Assembly: GCA_963835575.1 (NCBI GenBank)
Contig: CAWIGG010000002.1
Coordinates: 896,001 to 960,000, forward strand
Source of the DNA: an uncultured Spirochaetota bacterium
GTDB lineage: Bacteria; Spirochaetota; Brevinematia; Brevinematales; JAOACQ01
Reading direction: 5' to 3'
Length of the DNA: 64,000 nt
Shown here in pieces: positions 57,791 to 64,000 of the stretch (its first letter is position 1; each line of letters starts with the position of its first letter). The position numbers and the translations under genes are program-made. The notes under the pieces are model-generated. The model was given only the letters and a program-made list of their open reading frames with translations. It ran no database searches and was not told the DNA's origin.

Positions 57791-59146
57791 ATGGACGAAC
57801 ATAAAGATATGGATATTAATAATGATATTTTTAAAAAATATGAAAAATCCATAGAAAGGGTTGTCCCGATCAAAACTATAGGAAGGGTCAGCGACGTTGT
57901 CGGCATTTCAATTGAATCAGTCGGTCCATTCTCATCAATCGGGGATGTCTGTGTTATTGAAACAAACGGACAGACACCAGGCAAGCTTAAAGCGGAAGTA
58001 GTCGGCTTTAAAAAAAATAAAACTCTCATTATGCCTCTCGGCGAAGTAAAAGGTATTTCACCCGGTGTGAAAATCATCAATCTCGGCAGAAAGCTTGAAG
58101 TGCCTGTCGGCAGGGAATTATTGGGCAGGATTCTCAGCGGCGACGGTACACCGATAGATGGAAAAGGTGATTTAATAACCAATGAAGTTTATCCGGTTGA
58201 TAGAAATCCTCCCAGCGCCTATAGCAGAAAAAGAATTACAGAACCGATCACCACAGGCATAAAGGCGATTGACGGTATATTGACCATAGGAAAGGGGCAG
58301 AGAATAGGTATATTTTCAGGAAGCGGTGTCGGAAAATCAACATTGCTCGGTATGGTTGCCCGGAATACATCGGCCGATATTAATGTCATAGGCCTTATCG
58401 GTGAAAGAGGAAGAGAGGTCAGGGATTTTATTGAAAGAGATCTGGGCGAGGAAGGTTTAAAAAGATCGGTAGTCGTTTCTGTTACTTCCAATGAACCGCC
58501 TTTAATGAGGATCAGGGGCGCATATGTCGCGACTGCCATAGCAGAATACTTCAGGGACCAGGGCCTTGACGTGATGTTTATGATGGACTCGATCACCCGT
58601 TTCGCCATGTCGCAAAGGGAGGTCGGACTGGCCATAGGGGAGCCGCCTGCGACAAAAGGTTATACTCCCAGCGTATTTTCGGTACTTCCCCGCCTGCTTG
58701 AACGTACCGGCACAAGCCAGACCGGGACCATAACAGCTTTTTATACTGTGCTGGTTGAGGGCGACGACGTAAATGAACCGATATCTGACGCTGTCAGAGG
58801 TATTCTCGATGGACATATTATTCTGGCCAGAAATCTTGCCGCAAAAAACCATTACCCGGCGATAGACATATTGGGAAGCGTAAGCCGTCTCATGGTCGAA
58901 GTAACTGATGAGAACCATCAAAAGAACGCAAATAAGCTGCGTGAAGTCCTGTCTACTTACAGGGAAGCCGAAGACCTTATAAATATAGGCGCTTATGTCA
59001 GGGGAAGCAATCCTTCAATCGATTACGCATTGACTAAAATACAGCGGATAGAACAGTTTACAAAACAGGGTATTTTTGAAAAATCAAGTTTTGAGGAAAC
59101 ACTGGCCAAGCTTCATTCAATATTTGAAGAACCCCGCCGGCGTTAG
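57791..59146 (+). CDS. fliI: Flagellar export ATPase FliI
   Basis: GQRIGIFSGSGVGKSTLLGM, LIGERGREV, MDSITRFA, DGHIIL. Confidence 0.97.
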   Translation: MDEHKDMDINNDIFKKYEKSIERVVPIKTIGRVSDVVGISIESVGPFSSIGDVCVIETNGQTPGKLKAEVVGFKKNKTLIMPLGEVKGISPGVKIINLGRKLEVPVGRELLGRILSGDGTPIDGKGDLITNEVYPVDRNPPSAYSRKRITEPITTGIKAIDGILTIGKGQRIGIFSGSGVGKSTLLGMVARNTSADINVIGLIGERGREVRDFIERDLGEEGLKRSVVVSVTSNEPPLMRIRGAYVATAIAEYFRDQGLDVMFMMDSITRFAMSQREVGLAIGEPPATKGYTPSVFSVLPRLLERTGTSQTGTITAFYTVLVEGDDVNEPISDAVRGILDGHIILARNLAAKNHYPAIDILGSVSRLMVEVTDENHQKNANKLREVLSTYREAEDLINIGAYVRGSNPSIDYALTKIQRIEQFTKQGIFEKSSFEETLAKLHSIFEEPRRR

Positions 59147-59209
59147 TATCACAATTCTATAACAGATAATAAATAAAAAAACAACATTTCAAATTAAGCC
59201 CTTTTTTAA

Positions 59210-59237
59210 TTGACAAATCAACATATTATTTTATAAT
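59210..59237 (+). promoter_or_regulatory. Sigma-70-type promoter for the PEGA/GH57 unit
   Basis: TTGACA-N16-TATAAT. Confidence 0.65.
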
Positions 59238-59269
59238 TTACTGCTTTGAAAATATTTAAGGAGCAATTT

Positions 59270-62200
59270 ATGAAAAACATGGCGGCTTTGACAGTTATTA
59301 TATTATTTTTAAGTATGTCTTTTTGCTTTTCTGAAAATCTTACTCTTCTATCTATAGGAGCAATGCCGAAAGGTATAACTGCGTCGGATGGCTCTCAGAT
59401 CAATTCCTCTATTTTAGAAAATTTGCAGGATCAGAATGATCTGCTGAATAACATATATATTAAAAACAATGTTCTGGAAGCGTGGGTAAACGGAAAAATC
59501 AACAGCATCAATTCCACCAATACCAATATAATCATTAAAGGAAAAAATAAGATTATTCCTAAAAAGATACCCGCGGTATCATTAAAAAACATATCCCCTG
59601 CTTTATTAAAGAATATTAATTCTTATGTAAAGCTTGATAATATATTAACAGTATCTTTAGCTTCAGCCGCCGCAAAGAATGCGCCGCAGACAGTTACTTT
59701 AAACTTTGTTCTACAGGACGGTCAGGGCAAAAAAATATCATCATCTTCCTGTGTTATTACAATGAACAGGCTGAAAGATTCTGTTTTTATGAATAAAACA
59801 ATAAAAGAAGCATTAGTGTCTCTTTATAATTTATGGGCACGATATTATTATATACCTAAAAAAACCGGCTCTGTTATTTTAAGCGTTATTCCCAAAAATA
59901 CGGATATATCTATTAAATCACTGGATAAAAAAATGAATAACGGTAAAAACGACCAGCTTCCAATTGGGACATATGCAATGGTTCTCTCGCTTTCAAATTA
60001 TAATACTTTGATTACCAATATTTCAATAAATGAAAAACCGCTCACATATAAAATTACCTTACAGAAAATATCAATGAAAACAAATGATACCGGCGTTATC
60101 AAGACAGGAAGCATTTTTATAGATGCGGATATCCCCAATGCCAAATTCCTTATCGTTGAGGACGGTGTCAGTGAAAGAATACCATATCTGGCTACTAATT
60201 TAAGCATTGGTCAGAAAACAATCATTTTTGATGAAACAATGGAGTATAGTTATAAAAAAGTAAATACTGAAGTAAAAGAAAACAATACTGTTTATGAATT
60301 TACAAAGTTAGTTAAAAAAGGTTCGGGATTTAAAATGGCATGTAATATTGACGGGGCTTATGTAATCATGAATAAAGAAATAGCGGGAATAGTATCAAAC
60401 GGTACATTTGAATATTCCGGGCTGGCAGGACTGTACGGGCTGACGATTATGAAGGATAAATATGCCGCGGTCCGCACAAACATAACCCTGAAAAGCGATA
60501 GTATTGAAAATATTACAATAAGCCTTCAGCCGAAAAAGATACCGGGCATTATTGTCACTCCTCAAATAAACGGCGCCGATGTATTCCGGGATAACAAAAA
60601 AACCGGCATAACTCCTTTTTATTTATATTCTGAAGATACTGACAACATTTCCCTGCAGATTGCGGCTACCAATTTAGGCTTCAATAATGTTTCGACAAAT
60701 ATGCCCTGGAGATGGACGAGCGAAAATAATATCTTATTTTATATGAATCCATTATTCGGAGATATTAAAATAACTACTTTACCGGATGATGCCGCTGTTA
60801 CGATTGAAAGCGCTTACAGAGGAAAAACGACCGGAGGAAGCTTACTGGTCAGGGATCTGCCGGCCAAGACAATCAAGGTCAGAATTGAAAAGCCGGGTTA
60901 TAAAATTACCAGTACAAATATTTATATCGCTCCCAACATTGAGAACCAGTATAATTTTACTTTAAAGGAAGCTCCCGCAAAAGCTTTTATCACATCCAAT
61001 CCGGAAAAGGGCTTTGAGGTCTATGTTAACGGTGAATATGCCGGTATGAGCGGTGAGAGCACTATTCCAATGGAATTCGGCAAGATTAATATACGCTTGA
61101 AAAAAAGAGGCTTTAAATCGATCATAACAAACATTGAAGTGAATACAAAACAGACCCTGGATTTGAATTTTACATCAACACCCGGAATAGGTGAAGATGA
61201 ATTTGCGGAAAATCTCCTTCAGCAATTGAATGTAATAAATTCTTTAATTGAAAACAATGATTTTGATAAAGCTGTTTCCAACACACAATCTGTGCTGAAA
61301 ACAATAGAAGTTTCAGAATACTCTGACATCGATGCGGTAAAAGATGTTCAGATAAAGATAGAAGCCAAGGCAAAATGGCTGAATGAAATAGGTAAGATTG
61401 ATGATACGATAGCTCTTGGGGACGGAAGCGTTAACCGCCAGGATTATGATTCGGCGCTTAAGAATTATGAAGATGCTATGAGCCTAATTGTACAGACAGG
61501 GGCTTCTGAAAGCGGCTATTTTGCAGAAAAGTTGAAAGATCTTCAGGCTAAAATCGATACGCTTAAGAAAAAGCAGTCTGATCAGGAGCAATCTTCTGAA
61601 GCTAAGAAGCTTTTAAGTAAAATAAATCCAATAATAGCTGACGGTGATAGTTGTTCAGACAGGGGTGAATACGCCCAGGCGGGAGAAAAATATACGGAAG
61701 CTCTAAAATTAATTGATGTTTCAAATTTAAAGGATAATCAAACAGTAAAATTAAGCAGGGAAAGACTTGAAAAGAAAGCTAAAAAAGCGGCGGAATTATC
61801 GAAAGTCAGGGATGACTGGTGGCCGAAAATGACAAGGAACTGGGACGGCGCTTCATTGGATTTTCTCGGAGGATTTATATCGTCATCCGGAGTGTCATTT
61901 GATTCTTCTAAACTCAATATACCCGCGTATTTCAGGCTGGGGATTCATATTATTCCGTTCTTCGGAATTAGTTTAGGGGGGATGTATAATTTTACCTATT
62001 CCAGTCTGAAGAGCAGCGAACAGTATGCTCTATACGCTGTTACAGCGGGTGCAATTCTCAGGATACCGGTGATGGCGCAGCTTTCACTTTTCGGCGAATA
62101 TAATTTCGCTCTTTCGGATTTTTCAACCTTTAATATTATGGATAAAGGCATAGTTAATGCAGGCGCCGACATAAAATTCGGTTTCTTCGGCATAAAACTA

Positions 62201-62287
62201 TTTTATGAACTCGGTTATTCATCATCATTCCAGAAAATGTATCAAGGATTAGGGGCGGGAATTTCATTCTGGTTTACTGAAGAATAA
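59270..62287 (+). CDS. Large exported PEGA-repeat protein with a helical region and C-terminal outer-membrane beta-barrel-like domain
   Basis: AAGGAG before ATG 59270; signal peptide; PEGA repeats (GDIKITTLPDDAAVTI...VRIEKPGY; ITSNPEKGFEVYVNG...LKKRGF); TPR-like helices; alternating strands ending GAGISFWF. Confidence 0.8.
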   Translation: MKNMAALTVIILFLSMSFCFSENLTLLSIGAMPKGITASDGSQINSSILENLQDQNDLLNNIYIKNNVLEAWVNGKINSINSTNTNIIIKGKNKIIPKKIPAVSLKNISPALLKNINSYVKLDNILTVSLASAAAKNAPQTVTLNFVLQDGQGKKISSSSCVITMNRLKDSVFMNKTIKEALVSLYNLWARYYYIPKKTGSVILSVIPKNTDISIKSLDKKMNNGKNDQLPIGTYAMVLSLSNYNTLITNISINEKPLTYKITLQKISMKTNDTGVIKTGSIFIDADIPNAKFLIVEDGVSERIPYLATNLSIGQKTIIFDETMEYSYKKVNTEVKENNTVYEFTKLVKKGSGFKMACNIDGAYVIMNKEIAGIVSNGTFEYSGLAGLYGLTIMKDKYAAVRTNITLKSDSIENITISLQPKKIPGIIVTPQINGADVFRDNKKTGITPFYLYSEDTDNISLQIAATNLGFNNVSTNMPWRWTSENNILFYMNPLFGDIKITTLPDDAAVTIESAYRGKTTGGSLLVRDLPAKTIKVRIEKPGYKITSTNIYIAPNIENQYNFTLKEAPAKAFITSNPEKGFEVYVNGEYAGMSGESTIPMEFGKINIRLKKRGFKSIITNIEVNTKQTLDLNFTSTPGIGEDEFAENLLQQLNVINSLIENNDFDKAVSNTQSVLKTIEVSEYSDIDAVKDVQIKIEAKAKWLNEIGKIDDTIALGDGSVNRQDYDSALKNYEDAMSLIVQTGASESGYFAEKLKDLQAKIDTLKKKQSDQEQSSEAKKLLSKINPIIADGDSCSDRGEYAQAGEKYTEALKLIDVSNLKDNQTVKLSRERLEKKAKKAAELSKVRDDWWPKMTRNWDGASLDFLGGFISSSGVSFDSSKLNIPAYFRLGIHIIPFFGISLGGMYNFTYSSLKSSEQYALYAVTAGAILRIPVMAQLSLFGEYNFALSDFSTFNIMDKGIVNAGADIKFGFFGIKLFYELGYSSSFQKMYQGLGAGISFWFTEE

Positions 62288-62315
62288 TTTCTTTTAAAAA
62301 AGTTAGGGGGATTCC

Positions 62316-64000
62316 ATGATAAAATTGATATTCCGTATTGTGATTATTCTAATACTGCCAGTTTTATTCTATCCGCAAAGCGTAAAATCAAAAAATAATA
62401 CACTTATCGCTAACAGGCTTCCGGACGGAAATTATGTGCTCGAAAACAATAAAATAAAGATTATTATTGCCCCAAAGTTTGGCGGAAGGATCATTTCCTT
62501 AATGAGTAAGGATAATCAGGAAGAAGTCCTGCAGTCTTTTAATGTCAGCAATACTTCCGCGGGAGGGGCATTATATGATATTTTCGGCCGCCAGGACTGG
62601 CCGGGAACGGCAAATAATAATTACAATGTTAAAAATGTCTCTCTCACCAAAAATGAGGACATATTGTCTTTTGAAATGAACTATTCACTGGGCGACAGCC
62701 TGAAAGAAAAAAACGGCCTCATCATTAATAAAAAAATATACCTGGATGATTTTTCTTCCGCTGTCCATACAACGATTGAAATTCAGAATAATTCTTCAAC
62801 ATCTATTTCATTTCAATATAAAAATGCTTCAAAAATTGCCCTTGGAGCCGCTGAAGAAGGGGTAAAAATAATTTGGGTCCCTCTTGAAAAGGATATAGCT
62901 GAAATTGGTTTTTCGCCGATGAGCGGTTCGCATGGCGGCCGTATGTATCCGACCGGCGGTTTTATCGGACTTACCGCAAAAGACACAAAAACAGCCGCGA
63001 TCTGGGTTTTCGACCCTCAATTGATTGATTCATTTGATACTTTTCACAGTAAAGATGCGGCCTCGCTGGAATTGTCATTCCAGAATATCAGCCTGGAACC
63101 GAAAAAATCAGTTATTTATGAAATGGATATTGTTTTAATGAGCGATATGAAAAATATATCCGGAGCTGATTTAAAAAACAAAGTGATCGGCGGTCTGGAT
63201 TATCAAATCAAAAATAACAGGATTTTATTGGATGGTTCGCTTTATACATATTCAAAAGAAGCTCTATCCAATTTAAAATTAGTTGTCAGTATTTATGATA
63301 TGCTGGGTGGATTGATTCAAACAGTCAAAGAAGAAACAATTGAAAATATCATTCCTGACAATCCTTATAAATACAGCGGCGTTATTGACAGTATCGGAAA
63401 ACTCAAAGCCCCGGTATGTAAAGCGGTGATTAAATTGATTGATCCGCAGGGAGTGGAAATATTTTACTCTGAAAAAAAAATAAAAATCGGCGATTTAGTC
63501 CCGGATTTTAAAAATCCTGTGACTGTGAATTTCATGTGGGTGCTCAATCAGCCTCTTTATCCAAAACCTGAAGACTGTATAAAAAACCTGGGAAATTATA
63601 ATCAGATATATTCAAACATATTCGCAATATATGAAAAGCATCCCCTGGTAAAATCGGATATTGCTGTCAGCGGAGCGCTTCTTTATCAAATGATACAGTT
63701 CTATCCTGATCTTATTGAAAAATTGAAGTATTTAATCGGAACACGCAAAAACTTGAATTTAATGATTACCGGCTTCAGCCATCCTTTATTCCCTTTTATA
63801 TCATCAAATTCCATATCCATGCAGATAAAGCTGGATAAGGAATTGAAATCACTTCTTTTCGGCGTGAAACCCGACGGGATCTATTTTCCAGAACTGGCTT
63901 ATAAAGACGGTGTTTTTGACATACTATTGAAAAACGAAATAACCTGGGGATATTTCAGCGACGCTTCGATTAAAGACTATTATAAAAATATGACCGATAT
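62316..64000 (+). CDS. Exported protein with N-terminal beta-supersandwich and GH57-like domain, runs off the window end
   Basis: Not in the ORF track. Translated start MIKLIFRIVIILILPVLFYPQ...YVLENNKIKIIIAPKFGGRIISL. In the same frame near the end: NFMWVLNQPLY, AVSGALLYQ, TGFSHPLFP, FGVKPDGIYFPELAY. TAGGGGG RBS. Confidence 0.78.
   Translation, partial: MIKLIFRIVIILILPVLFYPQSVKSKNNTLIANRLPDGNYVLENNKIKIIIAPKFGGRIISLMSKDNQEEVLQSFNVSNTSAGGALYDIFGRQDWPGTANNNYNVKNVSLTKNEDILSFEMNYSLGDSLKEKNGLIINKKIYLDDFSSAVHTTIEIQNNSSTSISFQYKNASKIALGAAEEGVKIIWVPLEKDIAEIGFSPMSGSHGGRMYPTGGFIGLTAKDTKTAAIWVFDPQLIDSFDTFHSKDAASLELSFQNISLEPKKSVIYEMDIVLMSDMKNISGADLKNKVIGGLDYQIKNNRILLDGSLYTYSKEALSNLKLVVSIYDMLGGLIQTVKEETIENIIPDNPYKYSGVIDSIGKLKAPVCKAVIKLIDPQGVEIFYSEKKIKIGDLVPDFKNPVTVNFMWVLNQPLYPKPEDCIKNLGNYNQIYSNIFAIYEKHPLVKSDIAVSGALLYQMIQFYPDLIEKLKYLIGTRKNLNLMITGFSHPLFPFISSNSISMQIKLDKELKSLLFGVKPDGIYFPELAYKDGVFDILLKNEITWGYFSDASIKDYYKNMTD

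Overview
AT-rich bacterial chromosomal window, most likely from a spirochete. This is inferred from the rpsT-HU/Hbb pairing, rplU-prp-rpmA, an flgI with no adjacent flgH, and the spirochete-like FliF/FliG/FliH. Most of it is housekeeping and motility genes: gatA, plsY, flgI, rplU/prp/rpmA, a dksA-like gene, mltG, ruvB, dnaE, queD/folE2, nusB/ribH, murI, cimA, miaB, pheA, scpAB, trpS, flgBC-fliEFGHI and tRNA-Arg(CCT). Two insertion sequences are present. A truncated IS256-family element cuts an unannotated hicA-like toxin pseudogene. A complete 1296-bp IS5-family element with a 5-bp target duplication splits a BtuF-like binding-protein gene. The most notable unannotated signals are: (1) a candidate sigma-54-dependent ~65-nt small RNA with C-rich anti-Shine-Dalgarno motifs and an upstream enhancer-like repeat; (2) a dispersed composite palindromic/MITE-like repeat family; (3) three sigma-28-type promoters, one before an unusual PilZ protein with an inserted GAF-like domain; (4) a PAP2 gene whose apparent N-terminus is reachable only by a -1 shift at A_AAA_AAG or an ATT start; (5) a PEGA/helical/beta-barrel protein paired with an atypical secreted GH57. 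No CRISPR array or prophage was seen. All calls come from reading the sequence; no database searches were run.
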